A DNA stretch of 64,000 nucleotides from Moniliella sp. 'wahieum'. Its lineage: Eukaryota. Both the position numbers and the translations under genes were made by a program. This document shows, piece after piece, positions 38,199 through 50,661 of this stretch. Location: assembly GCA_003971905.1 (NCBI GenBank), contig RSEE01000168.1:1-64000 (forward strand), in the 5' to 3' direction. The notes beneath the pieces are model-generated. The model was not told where the DNA came from, searched no databases, and saw only the letters and a program-made list of their open reading frames with translations. Within the stretch, counting starts at the first letter, position 1; each line of letters opens with the position of its first letter.

Positions 38199-41100
38199 CT
38201 ACCGCCGCTCCCGGGGCCCTGTCCGCCATGGCTCGGTGCAGGCGCAAGAACAATCCGATCTGGATGCGTTTTGTTTTTCTCTTGGTGTGCCGACCACGGG
38301 ACGGCTGTTCTCGTGGTTTTTGGAGACAGACGGGAAGAGGAGGGGGATACGATGTGCAGAAAGCAAGTTGTGGGTAATGGGGGGAAGAAGAAGTGACAGG
38401 TGAGACTTTTGTATGCAGGCCTGGTTGGCTGCTTGGGTCAGCAGAGGGCAATCAGCACGGCTGAAGATCTGCCTCGGGATCGATAGGTAGCTCTTCTTTA
38501 GCTGGAAGACGAAGGGAAATGTGTAGCAAGCGTTCTTGGTTATTGCTTGCTGAGGAGCACACTTGCCTGGCGGTACAGAGGCAGTACAGCGTGACGATGC
38601 GTTTGACTGGGGACTGGACTTGGACTGAGCCAAGCGCCCTACCGAATGGCCTGCCCGGCGAGCGCCGTGTCCTACTGCCGCATAGAATGCCAAAGGAGGG
38701 AGGACGTAGCCGTTCTTTCCCTCTACACACAGCTCGATCGGGTGATCCAAGCCATGCGTGTGCGTACGGTAATGCCATCGCGTTGCTGAGGGCGATGAGG
38801 GCCCACGCCCCGTCCAACGATCGGCATCATATACGCGGACACCATGGCGCAAAGTGAAGACGCACCGGACCGGACCGTGGAACAAGGAACCAGAGCAAGA
38901 AATCATTAGGGCCCCCTAGGCAGACGCCCAAGGGATGTATAATATCTGTGTGTAGGCAGGACGTTCATTGCACGCAGCTTTCCTAGCATTTCCTCGCGGT
39001 GAACAAACAGGAACGTACCCGCGTTAGCGTGTTGGCCACCCGAAATACGCGCTCTCATCATTCCCCATTCCCCATCACCATCCCCAGGGCATTGGGCGCA
39101 TATTACTTTGTTTACTGTCGCAACAAAGCGACCCTACCTAGCTCACCTCAATCCCATCCGTGCCTCTGGCTCGTCGACAAGCAGGTTCAGAGTGGTCTCC
39201 AGCTCCGCACGCTGTGCCGTTCCCGCGCAGCACGTGCAAGTGGCAAGTGCGGTATCGTGGCCTCGCTGGAGCACATCAAGCATTTCATTGCACCCGCACC
39301 GATGCAGTCCATGTTTGGTGCATTGCAAGAGGCAGTGCGGGATCCCATAGCCCATTCTCCAGCTCGTGCGCTCCATCCCCGACGCCGTGATTCACAACGA
39401 GCCGCCCGACTGTGCAGGAGGAGGATGGAGCGGGGCGTGGGGGGGGGGCAATGCGCACTGACTACCGCGTGATGGGACCTGGGGCAGTGGAGCAATGGGA
39501 AGATGAGGAATGGGGGTGGATCACATGTTGAGACATGTTGCAGGGCTCGGGGACGCAGGAGGAGTTGGCTACGTATAGGAAGGTAGCTGAGCGCACCGCG
39601 ACGGCATAGAATGCCTGTGGAGAGGAGAAGGAGCTGTTGCTTTGGCGGTTGGGACAAAAGTCGAATGCCAGCATAACTACCTAGAGATGCACCCAAGAAC
39701 TCTTTTCCCTTCTCCCCTCCTTCCCTTCTTGCCTTCTTCCCTTTCTTGCCTTCTGCCCTTCTTCCCGTTGGTTCTGATGACGCGAGGATAGTATGCCACC
39801 AAGCGGGAAGCAAGATGCTTGGGCGACGGAACGAATGAAATGATGAGAGCCGAGATGGGTGACCGCAGGGAGGTCGACCCCTCCCCATCGTATCCACGCG
39901 CGCTACCCCCGTTCGGAAGCGAAGGCCAGGCGCGAGAGGGACCTAACTTTTTGCTGTTGGCGGTTCGCCTGGTTGCCTATAATAACCGACGTTTGCGTTG
40001 GGCGCCGACAAGTAGCACGCGTCGGGTGAGCAGGTGGGTTGAAGCGCAGCGCGCGGGTCTTTGTCCTATGGCAGCTGTAATAGAAGCCCAGTTAAGAATG
40101 GATGGGTGCAGTATAGAGATCTGAGATGAATACCGCACAGGAGCGGTGCAGCTTGAAGCTTGAAGTACGGCCCATCATCAGAGTGCCAGCGTTGGATGCT
40201 CGACGGTTGCCCGTTGCTGCGCAAGTGGGGGGCTCTCTTCCCCCAATACAACAAGCGGTCCACCACCGTGGCATCAGTATACTCTCAGTGCTGTATAAAC
40301 ACCGCCCCCCCTCCTGCCGTGTCTCGCCCAGTGCGACAGCTGTGTTTGATATGCACTCTGCTATTGAATACTGACGCGTGACGTTATACGTTTTCCGTTT
40401 AAGGTACGGTGACGCGCTGGTGCATATTAACGCGGGGTAACCGGTAACCGGTAACATGTAAGAGCATCATGCATCACGCCTCGACGCCCGAACCTACACG
40501 GTCTCCTCACCTCGCGCAGTCTCCCTCGTTCCTGCCTACGCCTGACCCAATCGGCCTCGGGCGTCAGACGTCAGATCTTAGAGCACGCCAGAGTTCGGGC
40601 GAGAGCGAGAGAGAAGCAGAACCGAAGCGAGGGTACAATAGCCCTGTCCTGTCCTGTCTTGTCCTACAGAAGGTCGGGGAAGCCCGCCATAGGCCAGGCC
40701 ACGTGGGGTACGGTTCCATTACCCCGAAGCCCGCGGCCAGGCCAGACTGACACCAAGCCTCTCGTCTCCCTTCTCTGCACGTCCACATGTCTTCTGCCTT
40801 CCTTCCCCTCCCCCAGCTGGCCAGGGGACGACGCACGACGTACGCCGCCTACGCGCTACGCACAGGGCACGCGAGAGGGTGCCAAATCGCGTGGGTGGTG
40901 AGGGTGGAAACTAGGGAATAAGAGCGCATCAGTCGCACGGACTGCCAAGATCCGCCTGCCATTCCCCCCCTCCTGTTCTGCCGCTGTCTCTGTCTCCCCT
41001 TCCCACGCCCATATCCGCGCCCGCGCCCGCACAGGCTCTCCCGCACGTAGCAGCGCACCCGCGCCCGGTACGAGGGACCGGACACGAGCGGGTGTGGCCG

Positions 41101-41330
41101 TCGAGCCTGGGGGTGGGTCGATGCAGCATGCAGGATGAGGAATAAGGAAGGGGGAATGAGGAAGGAAGAGTGAGGAAGGGGGGCTAAGGAATGGGTGGTG
41201 TGGAATGAGAACCCTAACGGGGGATGAGATATGCGGCGTAGTACAGGAGGCAAAGGTAGAAGACAGACCAAGGAAGGGGGAGCGAAGGGGGGTGGTGCGC
41301 TCGGATGGTGTGCCTAGGCGTAGGCGCTAG

Positions 41331-42408
41331 CTAGGCACGGACAAACTGCACCACCTCCAGCTGCAACGGTGCGAGATCGAGACAGGTACGTGTGGTGCGC
41401 ACGTACCCGGGCAAGTGACGGGGCAGAGACGGCGTGGGTGCGCCCTTGCTGTAGTGCGTTTGCATTTGCATTTGCATTTGCATTTGCGTCTGCGGTTGCG
41501 GTTGCGGTTGCGGTTGCGGTTGCGTGGCAGCAGGCGCAGGCGCCTCGGGGCAACCCTCGGGCGAATCGTCATCTTCGGGGGAAAAGAGAAGGACTGTGAT
41601 CTGTTTCGGACTCAAACTGGACGCTGCCGCACGTAGCATGCTGCCCACCTCGATCGGGGGACGCCGGTGCACTCGTACTGCACTCCCTGGGCGTAGGGCA
41701 GGACCAGGCCGGACGCCCAGGGGGGCGCAGTTAGCGCTGTTAGTGACGGTACCGAGGGTGCCTGCCCACGGGATCGACGGCGTACGACACGGGTGAATCC
41801 GGTGCGGCGCACGGCGCGGGCAGGGGAGAGAGAGAGCAGCAACGTATTTGGTTCGGCAGACTGCGTGGGTAGGCCAAAGTAAGTAGAACAGAGCGAGGCA
41901 GTCGGGGCTAGTGAGCGGGCCAAGCAGGTACCGTTTTCCGGTCGGAAACCGGTGTGCAAGCCATTCTGCCGCACTGTCCGCGTGGGCAGGGGCGGTGTAG
42001 ATGCACCGGGTCACCTCGAGCTGGGACAGCCACGCCTCGGGGCGCAAATGCGGGCCGGAAAGAAGTAAGGTGTGGTCCGTGACGACCAGATAGCCGTCCC
42101 TGGCACAGTGTGCATGTCAGCGGCCAGCGTCGCAAGCGGCGGGGGGAGGGGGACGTACGGGAGACAGTAGGTATCCCCTCGGGGGTGCTGGCGGCGGGGG
42201 GCCCCCACAGGGTGGGCACAAGTGCGCGGCCTCCCGGGGCAAAGTGGAGCTGGAGCCGTTCAGGGCGGGCCGGAAGCGGGAGGGGAAGCGGAAGCGGGAG
42301 TAGGGTCGCAGAGCGGGTATCGGACGCGATGCTGGCCACCTCCCAGCGGTCCACGCCCATCGGGTCGGGCTCGAGCAGCGTCTCTCTGGGGCCCCAGGCG
42401 AGCGTCAT
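41331..42408 (-). CDS. Hypothetical protein with a QP/QM repeat (orphan, intron-containing)
   Basis: A canonical intron at 42158-42100 (GTACGT...GCTGAC...CAG) joins RGDTYCLP to DGYLVVTDHTLLLSGPHLRPEAW in the frame of the 238-aa ORF 41331..42047. No family recognised; start uncertain. Confidence 0.45.
41459..41524. repeat. Compound microsatellite (TTTGCA)n(GGTTGC)n
   Basis: Read directly; encodes QPQPQPQPQTQMQMQMQMQ on the minus strand. Confidence 0.9.
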
Positions 42409-43949
42409 GGGAGTCCAGGCAAGCAAAGCAGGTGGTGGGAACAGAAGGAGGGCGGGTCGGACGCCGTGCGCCAGTGGGGCTGCTATCTGGATCTTCACGC
42501 TTCACACTTTCCCTTGAAGCTTCATCTTTAGCGCTTCAATGTTCAACTTGCCCCCCCGGCCGCTGGGCCGCTCGGCGCCGCGCCTGCCGCGCCTGGCGCG
42601 CGTGCGGCACACTGCCCCCCTGGGGCTCGGCTGGGCACCGCAACGCCCATGCGAATGCGATGCGCTACGCGAGACGGGGTGCCCAAGCTGCCCCTTGGAT
42701 GACGTGATTAATGACGAATGCCAAAGCGCCAAGCACGCCACACGTCTTCTGCATCCATCCGCCCAACGCAAAATACAGGTGCCTCTCGGTTGGACGTTGG
42801 ACGCGATGGGCGCCCAGGATGATAAGGGCGATCAAGCTTCAAGACGAAAATGCCTCCGGCCTCCCGTCGGAACTCGACCAATGTGCCTCTCTCTGCGCTT
42901 CTCCTTGTCCTCTCGCCCCACCAACACCTCCTTCTCTGTGCTCGCTGCGAACGCTGCTTCAGGGCTGTCTGGTGCATCGGCGTCACGGTGGTCAGGCGCA
43001 CCTGAGCGGGATGCGGGGTAAGCCAGCTGGTGACTCGTGCGTAGGCCAATGTGCGTGTTCCTCCTCAGGCCTAGGAGCTCCGTTGTTTTCTCTCTCCTGT
43101 GTTGTTCCGCAGCGCCCTGGCGGCGACCTTGGTGTTCCTCTGTAGCAGGGGTAGCGGGTTGGCTTCGACCACCACTTCCACCACCAGTGCGATTGCATCA
43201 CCCTCGAGGAGCCTTAGCACTCCAGGTCCCACCCGGGGTGGAGGAAGCATGGCCCGATCGAGCGCCCCGGGGGGGGGGAGGGAGGCACCGCAGCGAGGAG
43301 AAGGTCACGTGCATGCGGGGGTAGGGCTGGCTGCATGTGGGTGTCCTCTGCGTTGGCTGCCAGGGCGCTGGCGCTGGTGTGTGGCGGCGGAATTCCGTCG
43401 GGGGAGGGAGTGGGGGATGGCCAATGGTATGCCAAGAGCCCGTCACGTGGCTGACGCAGGCACGCACACGTGCCGTCTGCCGCGGGGGAGCATGTCACAT
43501 GTCACATGTCCATGTCAGCACGCCTGGGACGCTTCAGGCTGAAGTGCACGAGGAACGGCCACCGCACAGGCTGAGTGTTTCATCCGGCGCTCCCAGGCTG
43601 CCAGGCGCCAGGCACACTGGGCGGGTGGGGCGGGCGCTACGTAAGCTGTGTGGGCTGCATGCCTGCTGGGCAGGCGATCGACGGGCGTTGGGGCTGGGAC
43701 ACGTGACGCGCGTGACGCAGGCAGCGGAGATAAAAACCTTTTTTTTAACGGCCGCAGCCAGGCACGGGCGGAACGAGTCGGCCTAAGCCTAGGCTCAGCA
43801 CAGCTCAGCCCGACGCACTCAGCCGTCTGCACAGCGCCGCACCGCCCAGCGCTCTGCCCCAACGCCGACAAGCCCGGTTGTCGAGTGCCGCTGCTCTGCT
43901 CTGCTCTGCTCTGCTCTTCTCTGCTCGCCGCCTCCCTCCACCCGTCTTC

Positions 43950-45656
43950 ATGGCTGCGCCCCTGTACAGTGCGTCTTGCGCTCCCCACCCTCCTCCTCCG
44001 TTCTAACCCCCTCCCCCCCCACCGCCTCCGGCCAGCTCTTCCATGCCGGCCAGATCCTCGTCGCCACCGTCGGTCTCCCCGCGCGCGGCAGACCCATCTG
44101 AGCCATGCGCTGGAACGCTATCTCATCTGGCTCGGCGTCAAGGCCAAGGTCTTTTCCCTGGGCGACTACCGCCGCAAGCGTCTCGGCCAGCCGGGCGACC
44201 TGCCCCCCGACTACTTTGCTGTCGGCGGCGGCAGCGCCGCGACCGAAGCGTTGCGCAACCAGATCCTCGATGAGTTTGACGCCACTGTGCGCGCGTACTT
44301 TGCCTCGGGCGGCCAGGTGGTGATTTACGATGCGAACAATGGCCAGGAACGTGCCGCAAGCAGCTGTGCGACCGCTTTGCGCCCGACCATGTCAGTGTCA
44401 TGTTTCTCGAGACGGTCTGCGACGATCCGCGCGTGATCGAGGCCAATGTGCGCGCCGTCAAGCTGTCCAGCCCCGACTACCGCGGCTGGTCCCAGGACGA
44501 CGCGGTGGCCGACTTTTACGCCCGCATCCGTTCCCGCCAGGCCGAGTACGAGACGATCAACAATCCTTCCTTTCCCTATGTCAAGATCATCAATGTGGGC
44601 GAACGCGTGGTGGTCAACAACCTTCGTGGCTACCTCCAATCCCGCATCTGCTTCTTCCTCATGAACGTCCACAACCGCGACCGTACCATCTACCTTGCGC
44701 GTGCGGGCGAGGCGCGGATCGAGCACCTGTACAAGGCCGATGCCGATCTGAGCTCGCTCGGGTGGGAGTATGCACAGGAACTGACGGCGTTTGTGGAGAA
44801 GCTGCGGGACCCTACGCTCGTCTCGCCCCCGCTTTCTGTGAGCGACAAAGCTGCGAGCGATAAGGGCGCGAGCCAGACCCCCAGCTCGGCTGGCAGCCCG
44901 ACCGAAGCCAAGTTCGCCTCGTCCCGGCCCCACAGCACCTTGTCTGCCCAGAGTGGCGGGAGCGAGACGCGGCGCTTGGAGGTATGGACGTCGAATCGTC
45001 GGCGCGCGTCGCATTCGTGCTTTTACTTTCGCGAGCAGGGGTACAAGGTGGTGGAGAAGAGCCAGCTGTGTGAACTCAACCCCGGTACGGTGGACGGTCT
45101 GAGTGAGGAGGAAATCCAAGCGCGCTATCCGGAGGACTATGCGCGCTTGCAAGCCGAGCCGTATGGAGGCCGCTACCCGCGCGCCGAGTCGTACCATGAC
45201 CTTTGCGTGCGCATCGAGCCGGCCATCCTGGAGCTGGAACGGACGACGAAGGATACGCTGATTGTGGCGCAAGCGAGTGTGCTGCGTGTGTTGCTGGGCT
45301 ACTTGCAGGGCAAGCCGCCGCACGAGATCCCCCACCTCGACTTTACCGAGGGCGAGGTGATTGAGATTCGTCCGCAAGCGTATGGGATGCAGACTACCAC
45401 GCACCGGTTTTGGGACCCGGTGGAACGACGTCGGGTACGGGACCAGCTCTGGGCACGACAACGCTCCGCACGCAGTTCCGCTCTGCCCATCCTTCCCCTC
45501 GCCTCGCTCCGGACCGGCCTGAGAAACTCTCGGGCCTCTTCCCACTCGCTCCGGCCACCGCCCTTCCCTCCCCCGCCCCGCGCCACAACCGTTCTCCCCT
45601 GCCCCGTGTCCATTCCGCCATTGCGCCTGCCGCATGCGGACCGCTCCAAGGCCTAA
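43950..45656 (+). CDS. 6-phosphofructo-2-kinase/fructose-2,6-bisphosphatase-like protein (YLR345W-like)
   Basis: MAAPLY..LFHAGQILVATVGLPARG(K)THLS, VFSLGDYRR, VVIYDANN, KLSSPDY, GYLQSRICFFLMN, RYPRAESYHDL. Confidence 0.9.
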
Positions 45657-45690
45657 CCTAGTCCCTTGTCTGGCTCCCTCTGATTCATCT

Positions 45691-45785
45691 CCTCTCCCTC
45701 TCCCTCTCCCTCTCCCTCCCTCTCCCTCTCCCTCTCCCTCTCCCTCTCCCTCCCCTCTCCCTCTCCCTCTCCCTCTCCCTCTCTC
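45691..45785. repeat. (CTCTCC)n pyrimidine microsatellite downstream of the PFK2-like gene
   Basis: About 95 bp of pure pyrimidine hexamer repeats. Confidence 0.9.
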
Positions 45786-46384
45786 GCCCTGCGCCTCCGT
45801 CTCCGCCCTTGCTCCCTTTCCCTTCGCGCTAGACCTTGACCCACGCGTAAGCGGCGGGGACGGTGGGCGCATACTCGGCCCTCTTGACCTCGGTAGGCAC
45901 CGAGGATCAGCTGGGTTTCTTCTTGTCTCTTATTGTTTGGGCATGTGGACGATGGCCTCCATGGTCGCCCCCCCCGCCCAGGGGGCTGTAATCTGTATAT
46001 GTATCTATGGCCGCGCCAGCGCGGCTACACTGTTTGTCTTGTCTTGTGTCTTGTGCCTGTCCCCCAGCGTGCCATGTGGTATGGCGATTGATGAGCTAGG
46101 CTAGCGTGGCAGACTCGTCTGCATACGGCGGGCGCGCAGGAGCCGCGGGGAAAGCGAAAGGAAAACAAGTGACTAGCCACTAGCCAGGCGAGCACGTGAG
46201 AGAATGCAACATTGAATTCAGCCCCACCGCCACCCTGCCTTGGCCGAGGGGGGGAAGGATGATGATGGATGACGATGGTGGATGACTCGGCCGACTGTTC
46301 GTTTGATGACTCGGACTGAAGAGTGACTGGCCAGAAGTGGCAACCAACACCTCTTCTCTCTCCCCCCATCGCCTGCGCCTGCCC

Positions 46385-47778
46385 ATGCCCAGCCGCCCCC
46401 GCAACCCCAACATCATCGACCTCACCTCGCCCTCGGACGAAGCAGGCGGCCGCCCGCCCGCCGCCTCCACCTCCAGCACCAGCACCAGCACCAGCACCAG
46501 TACCGCTGCCTCCGGCTCTGCTGCCCGCCCGCGCCGGATGCTGCGTTCCAGCCGACAGATCCGGTTGGCCTTGCCTGCTGGCGGCTCGGGCGACGCCCCG
46601 GCCGACACCTCGCCCCCTGCCGCTGCTGCCTCGTCCCGGCCGCCGCGTCCGGAAGCTGTGAATGTGGAGGAGCACGATGCGGAAGTGGTGCGGCGGGAGG
46701 AACGACGTGCGCGCGCTCGTCGTCCGCCTGCCCACACTTTGCCCGGCTCGGGCGGGTCGGAAGAGATTGTGATTACCAATGTGCGCGAGGCACCTGTTTG
46801 TACGTCCCCACCCCCGTCTTGTTCCCCAAACTCCCTTACCCCCTCCTCCCCCCCTGCTCTGCCTCTCGCTTGTCTGTGCGCTGTGCAAACGAGAACGAGA
46901 ACGAGGCAGAGACAGAGAGAGAGATGAGAGGGCGGGATCGGGGACCCCGTGCGGGTGGCTAACGGTTCAGCGTTAGCAGCGCGTCGCAACGTGCTTCGGA
47001 GGGAACTTGCCGAGCTGCTGCAAGAGCAACTGGATGCGATTCGGCAAATGGGGCCGATGGCCGGAGCGGCAATGTTACCACCTGAAGGCGGGTTGCCACT
47101 CATGTCGCACCAAGAACTGCACTTTCACCATGCGGTGCAGACGTTGGTCCAAACGGGCCAGTTGCCACTGAACGACCCGATGGTACGTACCATGTTGCGT
47201 GACGCGCGGCGCGACTCGATGGGCGCACGATTGCGCGAGGTGGACCGGCGCATCCAAGCCTTGCCACGGGGCAAGTACGTGCGGACCAAGTACAAGCAAC
47301 ACTACACCCACCGCGGTGGTGTCAGCGCGCCGTTTACCGCGTCGCTACCGCCGCCAGCGGTGGAGGTGGACTTGTTGTCGGACGCGCCGCGCATGGGCCA
47401 AGCGGGCTTCGATTGGTCCAGCCACCAAGCGCGTGAACGCGAGCGGGAGTTGGAGCGCGCGTCCCAGCCCATGGGATCGAATGTACCCGTATGTGCCGGG
47501 TGCGATTGTGCGCTGCGCACGGCCGCCGAGCAAGAGTCACTCTTCCTCTACTTTTTGCCATGTGGGCATGTGATTGATGGTGCGTGCCGCGAGCGCTTGG
47601 GCGGCCCAGCCTCCGCTACCCACCCCGATCCCACCGCCCCCACGGGCCAGGCACACGCCCCGCTCGGTAAACGCAAACGCGCCGCGCACCGTCCGTTGCC
47701 TGCCCCGTGCCCGAGTGCGGGGAACAGTGGACTGCCGTCCCGGGTCTCCCCCATTCGGCCACCAGGCTCTACGTCTGA
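46385..47778 (+). CDS. SIM- and RING-containing E3 ligase (Slx5/Slx8/RNF4-like STUbL candidate)
   Basis: SIM-like IIDLT, IVIT and VEVDLL; RING CAGC...LPCGHVIDGAC...CPVPEC...RLYV* (the last part after a frameshift); intron ~46800-46970. Confidence 0.72.
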
Positions 47779-48025
47779 CGCTCGTTTGCCGTGGCTGTCG
47801 TCTGTCTTCTGTCGCTCTTGCTCTTGCCCTTGCTCGCGCTCTTCCCATTCTAGGTTCCGCCCCGCGGGAGCTAGGAGGCAACCTATTGTTTTAGTCTATG
47901 ATCCTGTTGTGCCAAAACGAATGTTCTAGTTAAATGATGGCATTGGAACCAGCCAGAGTTCAACAGGGAGGCGCGTGCAGGGGGGCGTAGAGGGGGGGGG
48001 AGGTCCACAGTGGTCTACAGTCACA

Positions 48026-50661
48026 TTACAAGCCCAAGGTAAGCATGATCAGCACGCCAAGGGTGGCGATGATGAAGCCACAGAGCAAGGTGGCCACTCC
48101 GCCTGACTTGAGGAAATCCTTGACGGCCAAGTACCGTTCGCCCATGCTGTCCTCGAGCGAAGCGGCGGTCATGTTGGGGAAGCCCGAGACGGGCAGGCCC
48201 ATGGCCGCGCTCGCGGCCAGGGTGGAGGCCATGATGAGCAAGCGCGGGTGGGGAATGTCGAGGCTCTCGCCTACCTGTGCCGCGATCGGTACAATCAAGA
48301 CGGCTGCAATGGTGTGGGAGATGAAGGTGGCAACGAGGAGGGAGAGGGCGAGCAGGCTGCACATGACCTGGGCCAAGGACATGGACTTGACGTAGCTCTG
48401 GATCAGTTCGTCCAGGCTCTCCAACAAGCCCGAGGCGGTGACGGCTTTGCCCAGTGCGATGCCGCCCATGGCGAGGAACAAGACGGTCCAGAGAAAGTTG
48501 TTAAAGTCCTCCTTGCTAAGGATGCCCGTGCCAAAGAAAATGATAATGGGAAGCAGAGCCACAACGCCCATGTCGCCAAGAATGTACTCAAAGTTGCGCT
48601 CCACGCACCAGAGGAAAATCGTACCAACGCACACGGCCGCAATGAACCATTGCAATCGCGAAAACGACTCCGAGGGCGGATTGACCTTGCGGATCACCAC
48701 CCCTTTCCCGATCCGTAAATCCGTAGCAGCAACAGCCACACCACCACCACGCTCACCCCGGACACGGGGAGCGTAATGGCAAACCACTGGAGCCAACCAA
48801 TGGGGTCTTTCATGTACTGCAGCGCAATCAGGTTCTGCGGCGAAGCAATGGGCGACGTTTGTCCACCAATATTCGAGGCCAACGCAATGCCCATGATGAG
48901 CGCACGCGCATAGGACGAACCAACGGGCAAGGTACGCAGAATGGGTTGGATCAGACTAAACATGAGCACCGGCGCAGCCACGTTGGACACCCACATGCTG
49001 GCAAAGGGGCTACTGCCATATGGGCAAGGAGCACGGTGCTGGGTCGGGTACCGGCCAGGCGAAGGACCTTGACAGCGATCACCTTGTCAATCCCGTACTT
49101 GCTCAGTGCCGCAGCCAAGGTGAACCCACCCAGGAGCAAACACATGTTAGGGGCAAACATTTGGAGGAAAATCCACTTGGCCGTCTCGTTGGCTTCGAGG
49201 CGTCGGTCCTTGCCATCGTCGCTGCGTGCGACGCGGAGGACGACGACCAAAAGAGGCACGAAGAACGAAGTGACAAAGAGCGGAATCACCTCGGTCGCCC
49301 AAAGGATGGTGCAAAGAGTCAAGAGCGCAAGGCAATTTTGTTCTTCGACCCGATCAAAAAAGCGCAGCATGGGCAGCTTGAGCACCGCAGCAAACACCCC
49401 CAGCGCCACGAGTAGCTGCACAGTGCTCACCCCCAACCAGCTTGGCAGCGTGACTGCACCCACAAGCGGCACGCGCACCCTCCACGGCGTCACTTGCGCC
49501 TCTTCTTTCCTCCCGCCGCCCATCACGTCGCGTCCCAACGTTGCGCCCTGGGCCTTGCGTTCGATCCCAATCATCTCACGCCAGACGTGTTGCGCTGCCA
49601 GACAACCTCTTCGCGCAAATGGGTTTTGAGCTGGTTCAAGGCCAGCTCGGAGTTGTCGTGGGTGTTGACCGTAGCAAAGAGGGCGACGACGCGGGTGATG
49701 CGTGCCTGGAGCACGTTCTTAGCAGTCTCGGTGAACGGGTACTGCTTGTCCACCACCGTAGTCAGGTACCTATCCTTCAAGGACCGTGACAAAATCTTGT
49801 CGTACTTTTTGAGGATCTTCTTCATGCCCAAGCGGTTGAGGTGGACAAACTGTTGCAGCTCACTGAGCGAAACAAAGAGGTCGGTCAGACGACGCTTGAA
49901 CGTGATCCGCACATCAATTGCATAGTCGTCCTCTGACTCCCAAATCGAAACGCCCCTCCTGGTCGAGGCGGACGCGGCCGAGGCTTCGGTGCGTGCGGCC
50001 GAGTGGGAACGAACGGTGCGCAGCGGGTTCCAGCTGCCGGTCGAGGTGGTGCGTTTGCGCTGCGACTGGGTGCGCGCGCGGCCGGGACGTTCGGAAGCAG
50101 TGCGGGACGCAGCACGTGCATGTGCATTGGCCGAGTGGTCGTAGGCCAAGGCACGAGCATGGTCCGCATGCACACTCGACTCGGACGAGCGGCGACGACG
50201 ACGGCGACTGGCGTACGGCGGCAACGGGCGCTTGGACAGGCCCGATTCGTTCGGCTCCCGCGCCTCCAACTCAGCTTCTTCCTCATCACTGTCCTCCTCC
50301 TCGTCCGAGTCGAGCGCCAGCTCCTCCTGCTCCGCCAGCTTCACGTCCTCCTCCACATGGTCCACGTCGGCGGTCAAGCGGCGCTCCTGGCTCTGGTAGA
50401 AGCGGACAATCTTGCCCAACTCGGCATCGAGCAGCGGAACAAACACGGCATCGGTCTTGCTGCCGAGCGGGTCCTCGTGCTGGAGAAGGGCGGCGCTCTC
50501 GCTCTCAATGTCGTGGTCCGGCTGGTCGTGGTAGGGGGCGGGGTGGCCATCGTACAGCCCCTTTCGAGGGTGTAGATGGTTTTCTTGAGATGGTCGTAGT
50601 CCAGATACGCGTCCCGCCACTCGGGGACGCTGTTGAACTGGAGGCTGTGGGAGAACTTCAT
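48026..50661 (-). CDS. SPX-domain low-affinity phosphate transporter (Pho87/Pho90/Pho91 family)
   Basis: MKFSHSLQFNSVPEW..YLDYDHLKK and KILKKYDK (SPX); WATEVIPLFVTS, SNVAAPVL, ASNIGGQTSPIASPQN, GLPVSGFPNM. Confidence 0.95.

Noticed and set aside
38196..38403. TAA-CTA stop context of ARPC2 as read-through to a cryptic PTS1
   Set aside because: The nearby SKL is internal and in another frame, and the known efficient motif uses TGA.
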